Of a stretch of 64,000 nucleotides of DNA, positions 14,591 to 27,917 are shown piece after piece. The stretch is taken from NCBI RefSeq assembly GCF_009914755.1, contig NC_060931.1; one strand, given 5' to 3'. Position 1 is the first letter of the stretch; the number at the start of each line of letters is the position of its first letter. The notes below the pieces were generated by a model. The model worked only from the letters and a program-made list of their open reading frames with translations. It did no database searches and was not told the origin of the DNA. The stretch is from the human T2T-CHM13v2.0 reference genome, Homo sapiens. The position numbers and the translations under genes are program-made.

Positions 14591-14961
14591 TATCCAGTGG
14601 AGGAGAGAATCATTCCAGTCCAACCTTCCCCACATGTATGAGATCAGCACACATCTTTTCCACTCAGGCTGACTTATAGTTGGATTAAAAACTAAAGAGG
14701 GTGGCTTCCTTGGGCTGATTCTAGGTCACTGTTTGGGCCCCTCCTGCCAAGGGGCATCTTAGTGGGCTCTCCCACTTGCAATGGCAACCCACTCCAAGCC
14801 CCAATAACTGTGAACTTCTCACCACTTCTTAAATAACTCTGGCCAATTGTGGACTATCTGTGCTTGTGGGACCCTGCCCATAGGGCTTCTTCCATGAGGC
14901 AGGCTTTGCCTTGCCTCCTCTTCTTATTCACGTGCAAATGTTTACCCAAGTCCGTGACTCC

Positions 14962-15409
14962 TGTGAAAGGAAAATACGCCTTGGGGCCCCAAAATCACTA
15001 AGCTAAAGGGAAAAGTCAAACTGGGAACTGCTCAGAGGAAACCTGCCTCCCATTCTATTCAAAGTCACCCCTCTGCTCACTGAGGTAGATGCATATCTGA
15101 TTGCCTCCTTTGGACAGGCTAATCAGAAACTCAAAAGAATGCAACCATTTGTCTCTTATCTACTTATGACCTGGAAGCCCCCTCCCCGGCTTCAAGTTGT
15201 CCCACCTTTCCAGAGGAAATGTTCATCTTACATATGTTGATTGATGTCTCATGTCTCCCTAAAATGTATAAAACCAAACTGTGCTCTGACCAGCCTGGGC
15301 ACATGCTGTCAGGACCTCCTGAGGCTGTGTCACAGCTGCGTGTACTCAACTTTGGCAAAATAAACTTGCTAAATTAACTGAGACCTATCTCAGATATTTG
15401 GGGTTCACA
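14962..15409 (+). mobile_element. ERV1 solo LTR, MER4A1-like
   Basis: TGTGAAAGGAAAATA..TTGGGGCCCCAAAATCACTAAGC start, GGGTTCACA end, 4-bp TSD CTCC. Confidence 0.88.
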
Positions 15410-15523
15410 CTCCTCATGTCCCCCAGGCATTCCCTCCTCTGGGCTGCATGGCTCTTGTTCATAACTATTATAGGATTTAACTTGTGGTATTTTGACTGTC
15501 ATGCATAGTCTTTTCAACTAGAC

Positions 15524-16047
15524 CAGGGATCCCCAACCCTACGCCATGGACCAGTACTATCCATGGCCTATTAGAAACTGGCCCACACAGCAGGAGGTGA
15601 GTGGCAGTGAGCAAGCTAAGCTTCACCTGTATTTATAGCTGGTCCCCATCACTTGCATCACCACCTGACCTCTGCCTCCCTCCTGTCAGATTAGTTGCGG
15701 CATTAGATTTTCATAGGAGTGCAAATCCTGTTGTAAACTGCGCATGCAAGGAACCTAGGTTGCGTGCTCCTTGTGAGAATCTAATGCCTGATGATCTGTC
15801 ACTGTCTCCTATCATCCCCAGATGGGATCATCTAGTTGCAAGAAAACAAGCTCAGGGCTCCCACTGATTCTACATTATGGTGAGCTGTATGTTATTTCAT
15901 TATATATTATAATGTAATAATAATAGAAATAATGTGCACAATAAATGTAATGCACTTTAATCATCCCCAAATCATCCCCTGCCTGTCCGTGGAAAAACTG
16001 TCTTTCACCAAACGTGTCCCTGGTTCCAAAAAGGTTGGGGAACACTG
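15524..16047 (+). mobile_element. MER1A hAT-Charlie DNA transposon, inserted in an L2 3' end
   Basis: TIRs cagggatccccaacc / ggttggggaacactg; 8-bp TSD aactagac / agctagac; 524 bp. Confidence 0.88.
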
Positions 16048-16967
16048 AGCTAGACTGTGAGCTCCTTGAGGGCAGTGACAGTTCCATTCATCTCTGTTTC
16101 CCCAAGATTGGCACAAAGTATGCGTTCAATAAGCCTATTAACCTAAAGAAAGTAAATCTGTCCAAATTTTCAGTATATCGTATTTTCAACTTTTCGAGCT
16201 ATCCCCATTAGCCTAAATAATTCTTCAGAGCAAGAATAATGTTTTTTAAATATCTGTAGCCCCAGGATAGCCAAGAACATGGTAGGTGTTTAATCATTTG
16301 CAGAATAAATTAAAGGATGAATTTATTTGGAACATAAGCTTCTTATTAGCATCTAGAATAAATCAGTATTTCTTGTTCAGATTAATAGTATAACAATCAC
16401 AATTAGGTAGCATCTTATAAGTAGAATGTTTAGTTGATGCTGTAAATCAGCAGTCATCTAGAGATCCTAACTCTTGCTTCTCAGGCACATTGTGACTGGG
16501 GAGCAAGAATTAGACAAATTATTCACTGAGCTTTTAAAATTCTCAGGTTCCACCTCCATCTAATCAATCAGTCTTTAAAAAATAAGTTTAGACAGATACT
16601 TTGTTTTGTTTTTCCAAATATCTCCAAGATTAATATGAAATAGGGGTTGAGAACCATCCTGACCCTGTAAGCTGCAAGCCCTGTGATCTTCAGGAAATTT
16701 TTAATTTCTTTAACCCCCAATGTCCTCATCTGTAAAAGGAAGATAATTATTATGCCTACCTCCTAAGGTTGCATAATAATTAAATGATTTAATCTCATAA
16801 GAAGTGTTGAACATGGTACCCAACATACTGAAAGCATTGTTATTATTGTTTTATTGGTAACATCATTTCTATTGAAGTATAGGCCATGCCACCACCACCT
16901 GTGAGCCATTACTGCCACATCTTGGCCAAATATCATAACTGCAGGCTCCTGCCTTTTGTATTTCTAT

Positions 16968-17334
16968 ACAATGCCTAGCTTAACAATGGGGATGCTTTCA
17001 GACAAATTCATCATTGTGCGAACATCATAGAGTGTACTTACACAAACCTAGATGGTAGAGCTGATTACACACTGAGGTTATATGCTATAGCCTGTCGCTC
17101 CAAGGTTACAAACCTGCATAGCATGTTACTGTACTGAATACTGTAGGCAACTGTAACACAATGGTAAGGATTTGTGTATTTTCTCTGTTTAGACATTGTG
17201 AACATGTCTAAACAGAGAAAAGGTACGTAAAACTGTGGTCATATAATCTTATGAGAATAACATTGTAATATGTTAACTAACATTGTAACATGTAGTACAT
17301 TGCTGACCAAACGCCATTACATGGTGCAAGACTG
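16968..17334 (-). mobile_element. Tigger3a (MER7-type) MITE with an internal inverted duplication
   Basis: Reverse complement of the copy at 30562-30898; ends ...aagactg followed by TA. Confidence 0.85.
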
Positions 17335-18999
17335 TACTTGAAACTAGACCAAACTGCTACCCCAAATTAAACCTATCAAGTAAGAGAAAGGAAGTTTATA
17401 AAATTCCAATCACCTTTCCCTCTATCAATCAATCTCTGCTATCAAAAGCTAAAATTTCCCCAGCTATTTCTAAGCATAAAATTATTTGAGCCTCATTTAG
17501 GCTTGAGTTTACTGCTTCCCAGAGAAGAAGGAAAGGAAACAGAGAAAATACTGTACGGTAAAACTTCCTAAGTGTTACTTATCCTAAGGGGGAAAAGATG
17601 GCTTGAAAAAACCTACTTTGTAAGAAATTGTTTTGAAAGATAATTTGAATATATTCATTAATATCCTTCATGTTATCCTTCTAAATGTCCTCGTAAGTCT
17701 TATAACTCTAAATGTCTTTATAACTTCTAAATGATCTCGGCAGTGTCCATTTCCAGGGAATAGAAAAGAGCCGAATGAATACATTCTGTGCAGATCATAG
17801 CTCACACAAACTCTTTAAGTTTAAAACCCAATTTATATACTAATATGAGGGAAAACAGACAAATATTTGTAAGGCAAATAAACGCTTAAGGTAGGAAAAA
17901 TTAGCATCCTTGAAGAAAACAGCCCAGGAATTCCTGTATTTTCTTAAGAGAGTAGAGGTGGGAAGAAAGCAATGTTCCAGCATTGAGAAAACATCAACAG
18001 AATGTCTTTGAGACAACGGCAATACAATGTCTACTGCATAGCTCGTCTTCACATATATTATCACAGATAATCTTCCCAATGACACTGGGGGTGAGGGGGA
18101 ATAGTTTTATCCCAGTATTACAGATGAGGAGATGGTGATGCACGAAGGTGAGACTTTACAAATCCACACAACTGTTGGGTGGCAGAGCCGCGCGAGACTC
18201 AACGCATGGGATGCTTCATTTCATGGTTCAGCTCCTCCTGTTAAACTATTCTCTGTAGCACAGAGAAGAAGCCCACGACTATCAAAACCATTGCTAACTG
18301 AAACAGAATATTATAATTCATGTGTAAGAAAAGCTTCAGAAATGAGTGCAAGGCTCTGAGGGAAGTTTGCTGTGTGGGATGCTACCCTGGGCTGCCTGTG
18401 GAGATGAATAGCCGCGCCAGAACAGATTTTTATTCATTTGGAGGTCGTGAATAAAACAGTTTTAGACTTTGGAGCAGAAAGAAATTGGTTAGGGGGCAGG
18501 GGGTGATTTTTTTCCCCTAGGTCTTTGTATTTTAATAAGTGGGAGGCTTTTTTTTGTATTTTGTTTTTTGGGCTTCTTTTTCTTATTCTATTAAAAAAGG
18601 GGGTCCCTAGGACTGCACTGTGACATTTCTTCTATTTTGTCAGATAAGGGGAACTCAACAGCTTTTTCACTCTCCCTTTGTGTCATTAAAAAACAAAGCA
18701 TTTCAACCAAAATATTTGATGTTTTTCTACCAGTGCCTTAGAATGTTATTATGTGTGGATAGGAAACATCTCCCCTGAAAGCTCAAGGCTTCCCCTTCTC
18801 TACATAAGCCCAGGTGGGTAGGAGGTTTGGGACGATACTAGGGTTGTGAGCAATTAATCACAAATTTACTGCAAAGTCCTCTGAATTCGCTCTGTGATTT
18901 GGCTTCTTAAAACTAACTTACATCTCACAGAGTTCTTACGGGAAAAACTGGGGGAAAGGACACAGTGAACCCCTCTGTGAAATTTTACTAGTTTTAAGT

Positions 19000-19380
19000 A
19001 AAGATTTTGTGCCAGGCACTAAGTTCAGATCTTCACGTGTTATCTCATTTAATCCTTAAGACAATGGTTATTATCCCCTTTTACTTGAAAAGAACATTGA
19101 GCCCTAGATAAGTCAGTTAGCTTGCCCAAGGTCACGCAAATCCTGAGAAACGGAATCCAGCGTCCCTGATCCCCGACCTCTGTACTTATGCAATGTAAGG
19201 ACTTAGAGCCAAAATGCTTGGCTTCAAATTCTGGTTTCATAGCTGTGCGAATTTGGGCAAGTTTTAAAATTTCTGTGCCTCAGTGTCATCTCCAAAATGG
19301 AGAATAGGGATAGGAACAGTACATAAATCACAGGGCTACTGTGAGGATAAAAAGAGTTAATATAATTTAGATGCTTAGAT
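19000..19380. mobile_element. Two divergently oriented MIRs (minus ~19000-19180; plus ~19200-19380, resuming ~19959-20010)
   Basis: cttgcccaaggtcac (minus core) and ctgtgcctcagtgtcatctccaaaatggag (plus core). Confidence 0.7.
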
Positions 19381-19958
19381 CTGAGATTCCCATCCCATGT
19401 ACTAATATGTCCTAGGGCACTGCAGTCAACTTGCAAAGGGTTGTTGGAACATTTAACATTTTCAAGGGAAATGTGGGGATAACTGACATCTGTCAGTCAT
19501 TGAGTGAACTACTAGCTTGAGGTAGTTCAGTTTCAACGTTAGATCACACCGCATTCCTTTTGATGGCAGTATATCTTCACAGCACTGGGTTTTCAGCTAT
19601 TGCTGTGATGAAAAGCAAATACCATCCCAAAATCAATGTGGAGCCGGAAATGAGGGTGGAGGTGTCAGATCTTGACTCCAAGGTTCCAGACATTGTACAG
19701 CCCCCAACAGGTGCACACATGCCATTAGTAACTCTTGTGTTACTTAAGAATGTAATAAAAGTATTATCTTTTCTTTCAATTTATGCATATTATTTTTTCA
19801 AATTTCTACCAAGTTATCAGGACATAAATATGTATTAAGTGGTTGAGACATAATTACTTAATAAATGGATATGACGGGTATTTCTTTTGGCCTAGATGTG
19901 CTATGGAAAAATTACTATTACTACGGATGCCATGAAATGAGAACGTTCAGAACTTCCG
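19381..19958 (+). mobile_element. MER119-like hAT-Charlie element with a transposase C-terminal remnant
   Basis: ORF 19560-19838 YLHSTGFSAIAVMKSKYHPKINVEPEMRV resembles the hAT dimerisation domain. Imperfect 8-bp TSD gcttagat / gcttggaa, inside a MIR. Confidence 0.75.
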
Positions 19959-21591
19959 GCTTGGAACAATTCCTAGTTGCATAGTCACTCTGCAGATGGC
20001 AGCTGTTATCAGCCCTCATGCTGTACTGAGTCTTATATAAAGCTTTGCCGGTTCCATATGATGAATATAGCTAATGTTTGTGTTTGCAAACTGCCTAAAC
20101 AGGTTGGGAGAAGAGAGAGGCCAATTTTTACAGAAAAGGTTAGGGGTTTAAGGCAGACATGTGACTTGTCCTAGATCACTAGGCTCACCTTATGGTGCAA
20201 TGGTGCACCCAAACTTCTAGAGACAGGGCACTTGTTTCTCTGAACCAGGCTGGTTTCTCAGAAAAAAAAATGACACAAAACAAGAAAACATTTTCACAAC
20301 AGTCATAATTCTTTTTTTCTTCCCCCTGCCCCACTAAGAGAGTCCAGTCTCTTCCTTTCTTCCATCATCAATTTATTTGAAAAGATTTTATTTAATGATC
20401 TTAATGAGAGGATCACTCTGCTGATTGGGAAGATGGCCAGAATTAATTTTCTTCTCTAACTGCAAAGGCTTAAAATAAGATCTTAGCATGTCTTTCTACG
20501 ATTCACGTTTCCATCTGCTACTTTTACCTAGGTGAGATTCGTGCCATGGAGACAGGAGCCTTCTGCCACCTCTCAGGAGCCATGGTAGGCTCTTGTGAGA
20601 CCTGACCTGGGGCAATGACCAGGACATCTTAGTGGACTCAGTTCTGTTATTACAAAAAAGCAACAGGAAATAGCATGCAGAAAAGATTCTTTCTGATGTA
20701 GATTAAGCGTACTATTGGAGGCAGAGCCTTTTCACAGACTGTTTTAGGAAGCTGTTTTGAGGGGTTTGTGTTTTGTTGGTCATATTATTTTTAATTTTTT
20801 CTCCTTAAACATTTAGAGTGTTGGTTTATCTTTAATATTTTTATAGCACCCCCTAAGATCATCCCAGGGGAATGCTTTATAATAGCTGCAAGTAATTCAG
20901 CTCTTTTGGCTAGTTAAGGGATTCCACAAAAACTGTTCTGAGAAGATGAGGTTCTCGGTGCCCTTCCAGTGTCCCGCCTTAAGCCTTTAAGCCTCTATCT
21001 GTATCCATTGACCCCTGCCACTCACTAGGCACCTTGTGAAGGGTAGGCTCTAACAATTTATGTTCACAGACTCAGTGCTGAACTACCTTAATCTACCCCT
21101 CAAACCCTCCTTTCTTGCCCTCAACTTACCTCCTCTTGAGCTCATTCTTTCCCAGTACCCTGAGTCTGATTCTGCTGCACTGTCTGTGGCTGTTGCCGTC
21201 CTAGCTATGAATGTGTTTTCCATCATAAGTTAAACAAAGTGCTGACTTTTCACCCCAGCAACACTCTGAAACCACTTAGAATAAACGACTCTTAGGGTTT
21301 GAGCCAACTCCCATAAGCTTTCCTTCCATGGCACCCACAGTATTATCTATTATCAGTATGATTATTAACACAGACTTTCTTTTGATTGGTCCCCCCATTG
21401 GAGCCTTACATTCTAGTGGGTCATAAAATGATAAGTATATGAAATTTCTAGAATTCTTGCAAGAATTAAATGGTATGCTGAATGTAAAGCATGTAGCCCA
21501 ACTTAGCAGGCTCACAACAAGTGTAGCCTTTTTTATTATGAGAAGGGACCTCACCTCTTCACTCAGTGAGAACAAAGGGAAACATAGAGAC

Positions 21592-22190
21592 TGTGGAAGT
21601 CAGAAAGGCCCCCAAAGGTGTCCACGCTCTTGTCTCTGAATCCTGTGAATATGCTACAGTACACAGCAAAAGTAAATTTGCATGTGTGATTAAAGTTATG
21701 AACCTTAAAATAGGAAGGTTAGCCTAGATTATCAGGTAGGCCTAACACAATCAAATATATCCTTGAAAGCAGAGAGCAGGCCGGCCATGGTGGCTCATGC
21801 CTGTAATCCCAGCACATCGGGGGGCCAAGGCAGGAGGATTGCTTGAGTTCAGGAGTTTGAGACCAGCCTGGGCAACATTGCTAAACTCCATCTCTAATAA
21901 AAATACAGAAATTATCTGGCTGTGGTGGTATGCACCTGTAGTCCAGCTACTCCAGAGACTGAGGTGGGAGAATTGCTTGAGCCCAGGAGGCAGAGGTTGC
22001 ATATTCATCCCCAGAGGCTTCAGATAGTCCTTCCAGTACCCTGATTTTAGCCTTGTGAGACTCAAGGCAAAAGACCCAGCTAGGCCATGTGCTCTATTTA
22101 CCTACACAACTATGAGCTCACACATTTGTGTTGTTTTAAGTGCTAAACACTTGTGGTAATTTGTTACTGCAACAATAAAAATCTAATACA
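21592..22190 (+). mobile_element. MLT1D-like MaLR solo LTR containing an Alu
   Basis: tgtgg..cagaaaggcccccaaag start, ctaataca end, TSD gagac / gagcc. Confidence 0.8.
21779..22001 (+). mobile_element. AluJ, 3'-truncated (no A-tail)
   Basis: ggattgcttgag..caggagtttgagaccagcctgggcaacat are J-type diagnostics; ends at gaggttgca. Confidence 0.9.
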
Positions 22191-22378
22191 GAGCCTGTAT
22201 CCTGGATTAGGTCTGAGTAGGAGAATGACTTCCAAAGAAATGCAGAATCATGTCACTATTGAGGTTTGCTCCTCAGAGGCTGTGGTAGGTGACGGCAGCA
22301 CAGCAACAGCAGCCATAGGAAGCCATCAGTCACAACAATACCAGACTTAAGGGCTGAGGGACTCAGACAATGACTCTA

Positions 22379-23626
22379 CAGGGGGACCGCAAAAAGTGTG
22401 TGAAAAAATGGAATTGATAAAAATAAAAAATATATATTTTCTTTCTTAAGATAAACTACATTAAGTTCAAGACTCAATATATTGTAAGTGATGATACCAG
22501 CCATTTAGTCCATCCCTAAAGAACAGAGGACCCTGGGATTTAACCATGTTAATGCAGCCTTTCTTACACTATTAACAGAAGAAAACTGGGTGGCTTTTTC
22601 AGATCTTTCTTCAGATAAGGAAAAAAAAGTCAGAAGGAGCCAAATCAAGACTGTTGCATGGATGCCTAATGATTTCCCATAGAAACTCTCACATGATTGC
22701 CCTTGTCTGATGAGATGAATGAGTAGGAGTATTGTGGTAGTGAAAAGGAATTCTCTGGTGAAGATTTCTGGGCATTTTTCTGCTAAAGCTTTGGCCTTTC
22801 TCAAAATATAATAAGCAGATGCTATTCTTTGGTCCTTCAGAAAGTCAACAAGAAAAAATGCCATGCAAATCTCAAAAAAGTATTGCCATGACCACTGTGA
22901 TAGTTTTTGCTCTTGACCAGCAAAAGCTTTTGCTTTGACTGGACCTCTTCCACCTCTTGGTATCCATTGCTTTGATTGTGCTTTGTCTTCAGGATAATAC
23001 TGGTAATGTCATGGTTCCTCATCTGTTACAATTCTTTAAAGAGATGCTTCAGGATCTTGAATTTCCTTTTTAAAAATTTCCACTGAAAGCTCTGCTCTTA
23101 TCTGCAGCTGATTTCTTAGTAAGAGTTGTGTAAGCTGGACCAATTGAGATGTCTATAGTGTTAGCTATTGTTTCTGCTGTTCATGGTCAGTCCTGTTCAA
23201 TTAGGGCACAGACAAGGTTAATTTTTTTCTCACAAATTGATGTGGATAATTTGCCACTGTAGGCCTTATCTTCAACATTGACTTCTTCCTTCTTAAAAAA
23301 AGTTATCCATCTGTAAACTGCTGATTTCTTTGGGAAATTGTCCTCATAAATTCTTCATAAAGCATCGATGATTTCACCATTCTTTCTCTCAAGTTTCACT
23401 ATAAATTTGATGTTTGTTCTTGCTTCAATTTTAGCAGAATTCATCTTGCTCTGACAGAGGCTCTTTTCAAACTGATGTTTTATCTTTCTTAGTGCCTCAA
23501 ACTAGATTCTGTTCATACATGTTATAAAAAGTTAGTACCAGTTTATTTTGGTGCAAAATATTTTTGAAATTCATGCATAATTTTTCCATCATATGCATTT
23601 TTCATGAACTTTTTGAAGACCCCACA
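22379..23626 (-). mobile_element. HSMAR2 mariner transposon, near full length, dead transposase
   Basis: TA on both sides; TIR ..atgaactttttgaagacccc; ATG at 23444 (MNSAKIEARTNIKF). Minus-strand translation gives HPCNSLDLAPSDFF (YSPDLAPSD motif) and HYHNTPTH (degenerate HHDNAPAH). Confidence 0.9.
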
Positions 23627-23944
23627 TAATTTGAATCGTGCTGCTGGCTACAGCCAGGAGAACTGTAAGACCTCTAGCACTAGGGATGAAGCATAAAGAA
23701 ATGGAGAGGTAGCATGCCAGCTATTGGGACCCAGCCAAAGGCCAGTATTTTGTGTGGTAGCAGCCAGGAATGCATGTGTTGCTGCTAAAAATACTAAGAT
23801 TAATTTAGCACGGGTTGATATGATGTGTCCATAGTGTTACTAACAAACAGATAATGTTGGTTGTTCTGCATTTTTTGCTTCTGCACAGATTTGGTGAGCA
23901 CCACAGTTAGAATTTATAAATGACTGACCCTCCAGTCCTTGATA

Positions 23945-24024
23945 TTAGGTTGGGTCAAAAGTAATTGTGGTTCTTGCCCTTGAAAGTAATGTCAAAAACC
24001 ATATTTACTTTTGCACCAACCTAA
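23945..24024. mobile_element. MADE1 (Hsmar1-derived 80-bp MITE)
   Basis: TA|TTAGGTTGG..CAAAAGTAA ... TTACTTTTGCACCAACCTAA|TA palindromic structure. Confidence 0.92.
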
Positions 24025-24914
24025 TACTTATTTAAAGGGATTAAACACAAGTGTCCCTAAGCTCAGAGAAGCTAACCTCAGGCAGAGCTGGAGACTTCAA
24101 ATACAGTCAGATCTGGTTTCCATGTCTGAGCACAGATGTCTCCCACAAAGTGTACTTCTTACCCTCACCCTAAAATATAATTCAATTCACAGCATAACAA
24201 TCTCTTGCCTTTTATGTAACTACCTCTTTCCCCCAGCCTATAGTCCAAGAACATCACAAACGTAGTATTCTTATTTTCTTTTATAAGAAACAATATCAAT
24301 ACCTGCTGAAAAAATAAAGATATCCACGATCTGACCCCTGCCAATCATGATTCTGCAGTGGAAGGTAGGGATGGGGAGTTGAGTCAAGGCTCCATCTTTC
24401 CTATATATTGTTTTCTGTCTGAAATGTAATTATTTCTTCCTCATGTAACTAACTCTGAATCATCCTTCAGAATTTAACTCAAAGATTTGCCTCTTAACAA
24501 CCTTCCCTCACTATACCACCATTAATTTATTCCACAGATATTGTGATCCTTACTCAAAATTATGCAAGTGTCAGAGAGATAGAAGTGAACAAAAATGAAG
24601 TAATCTCTACCTTCATGGAGTTTACAGTCTAGTGGTTGAGTCAAACATTAAACAAAGAATTCATATATAATAACAGATTGTGATAAGGCTACTATGCCAG
24701 AATAATGATGTAGCAATAATTTAGTAAATAAATTACCCTGTGCCTTTCTTTTTCTGTAGCTGACTTATTAGAAAAAAAGTATAAAGGTAGTTTTTCTCTC
24801 TCTCCCTTCAAAACACATTCAGGCTTTGTGTAAGGTAGGTTAGGGCTCCCAGGCCCTGGAAGTGGAGCAACTAAATGGGGATAGGGTCCTGGCCTCTGTT
24901 CTGGAAGATGTAGA

Positions 24915-25165
24915 ACAACATCATACAATAGAACTGTTATATCAGTTACATATGTAGTTTTACATTTTCTAATAGCCACATTAAAACAAAAAAAAAGCAC
25001 AATTAATTTTGATAATAGATTTTAATCTCAATATTGCAAATAGTATTTCAACATGTAATTAGTATAAAACCATTAATGAGAAATTTTACATTCTTTTTTC
25101 ACATCAACTTTTCAATATCTAGTGTTAAAATCACAACACATCTCTATTTGGACTAGCTACATCTT
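24915..25165. mobile_element. MER33-like hAT MITE fragment
   Basis: attttctaatagccacattaaaa, atttcaacatgtaat, tttggactagctacat. Confidence 0.6.
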
Positions 25166-25795
25166 TCTTTAAAGTTATTTTCCTGTGGTAGGAAGACCTT
25201 CAGTTGAACTGGTTTGTGGTAATTCTGAGACATAAATACGAACTGCCAAAACTTGGTATCCTAGCAAAGACCCTGGTGATCATATCTTTGGGTGATAGAG
25301 AGGCGTATCTGTATTCCATTTCTGGATCAGTAGTTGATGAAAGGCAACCCTCAAATCCAGCATCATTTAGCAGAAGCAACCAAATTAACAATACAGATCA
25401 AGGGAATAGAGCACTTCTCCCATTTTCCAGGCTAAATAAATTCTCATTCTTGGTAAATGGAAACCCTGAACTGTAGTATATGCTTTAGAATATAATACAG
25501 ATGTGACATTTCTTACACTCTGAGTGTGATAGAGCAATTCATCCCTGTTAGACATAGAGGAAAAGTCCATTCTGTTTCGAGAAAGTATAGAAGAATGCAG
25601 ATCAAGGGTTGGCAAAGATCTCCTTGAGGAAGTGACATAAACCTGTGGAGAAGGCAGCTGTGTGTAGAGATGGGGGATGAAATGTGCTCCAGACAGAGTG
25701 AGCAGCATATATAAGTGCCTGGAGGTAGAAAAGAGGTTTGCATGCTTTAGAAGCTGCAAGAAACCCAATGGAGGTAATTAAGAGGAAGAGTAGAA

Positions 25796-26170
<375 letters not shown>

Positions 26171-26699
26171 TTATGGGATAAGTTAAAGGTCTTGAACTTT
26201 ATTCAAACTGCAGTGGGAAGATGTAAGCATTTAGAGGATCAGAAAGCTGATCAGATTTATGTAGATATTCACTCGAGCTGTCGTGAATGGGTCAGGGGGT
26301 GGAAAGAGTAGAAGAAGGGAGACTGATAGTCTAGGCATGATTAGAACGAGGACAATGGGAAAGAAAGATTTTGAGATCAATTTTAAAGTTGAAATCAACG
26401 GGACTTGGTGATGCATTGGATGTGGAGGTTGGGACTGAGGAGGTGCCAAGGATGTTGCCCAGATTTGTGGCTTAAACCACTTCATAAAAAATGAAGAATC
26501 TGAGAAGTGTAGTAGGTATAGAGCAGACTCAGAATTCAGTGTCTTGTTTTTGTGCTTCTATGGTGCCCTGTGCGTATACAATTAAATGGTTTATTTGTCT
26601 CAAAATGCACCTATGGACTTCTTGACTTTGTATCTTTGTATCTTGACTTTTTATCTTCAGTAACTACTTAACATGCCATCTTGCACAAATCTGATATAG

Positions 26700-27200
26700 A
26701 TTCATTTAAACATTAATTATATCCCATTTTCTACTTGCTTTGTGATATCAAAATCCAAATCCATATATTGGCATACAACATCTTTCATTAACTACCCTCC
26801 AGCTACCTGTCCAGCCTGTCTTACCATGCTTCTTCACACACACCTGGTGTGTCAGCCTCACAACCTCTCCCACCCTTCAATGCCCCAGTCTCTATCACAA
26901 TGTCCTGACTTATAAATCTTGTTCATCTATTTGCCATTCCTCACTTCCCACATGAACTATGTTAAAGATTACTCCTCTTCAAAGACTTCCAAAACAACCT
27001 CAGGCTGGATCCCCCACAGAATCCCTCAATACCTTGTTTATTCTCTAATCAGTGCAGCAGTCCTTATGATTCAGGATCAGTTTGCAGGTGATTATCTACT
27101 TAAGACTGTGGGCTCCTTGAAAGCAGGAGCTGTGTCTTGTTTATCTCTCAAATATTGGTACTTTGCATTAGACTCAACAGAAGTCTATTGAAGTAAGAAT
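26700..27200 (+). mobile_element. L2 3' fragment
   Basis: taagactgtgggctccttgaaagcaggagctgtgtcttgttt is an L2 terminal motif. Confidence 0.6.
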
Positions 27201-27917
27201 AAAGAATATAACTAGAAGGAAGAATTATCCCTGGTGAATAATTAAAAAAAGTCAGAGAGTCAGGATAAAAACGCAGAAACATCAGTATCCTGATAATTAA
27301 ATGAGGAGTGCGAGGAAGTAAATGTTGCCCGCAGAAGAAAATCTGGAAATATTTAACGAACTTACATATGACTTTTGACTCAGCAATCTCACTTCTAGGA
27401 ATTTACCCTGAAAATAAACCTCCGAAAATATGAAAAAGTATATGTGTGCGGTTATGAATTATGGCATTATTTGAGCAACAAAAATCCTTCAATAAAGGAT
27501 TATAGTATCCCCACACAGTGGGCTATGATGCATCTATTAAAGAGGAATGTGGTTGCTGCAAACTCACAGCAATGGTTCCTAGGGCATACTTTTAAGTGAA
27601 AAAAATATATATATAGGACAATGTTTGTTGCATCCTACTTTTTGGGTAAGAAGAAAGGAAAACAAAGATATTAATTGTCTTTAGGAAATAAGAATTAAGT
27701 ATATATGTGTATATGTTTATATTTGCCAAAGGAAACATAGAAACAATGACCAGAAACTTATGAAAATGGTTACTTCTAAAAGTAATCTGACAGTAGCTTT
27801 TCTTTTATTTCTGACCTTTAAGTTATATGAATGTTTTACATGTATTCAAAAATCAAATTAAATCAAAAAGAAAAGTACATTTTAAAACTGAATACAATCA
27901 GAAACAAATGAATTTAA

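Noticed and set aside
19560-19838. hAT-like ORF as a domesticated transposase
   Set aside because: Only ~35 residues resemble the dimerisation domain, and it lies in a non-autonomous MER119-type element.
21751-22065. Alu-derived ORFs (also at 25747-26080, 37126-37317, 44726-44993, 59265-59648)
   Set aside because: Typical Alu translations with no evidence of exonisation.
25204-25476. 90-aa ORF overlapping minus-strand ORFs
   Set aside because: No recognisable homology; cannot be distinguished from random or decayed repeat sequence.
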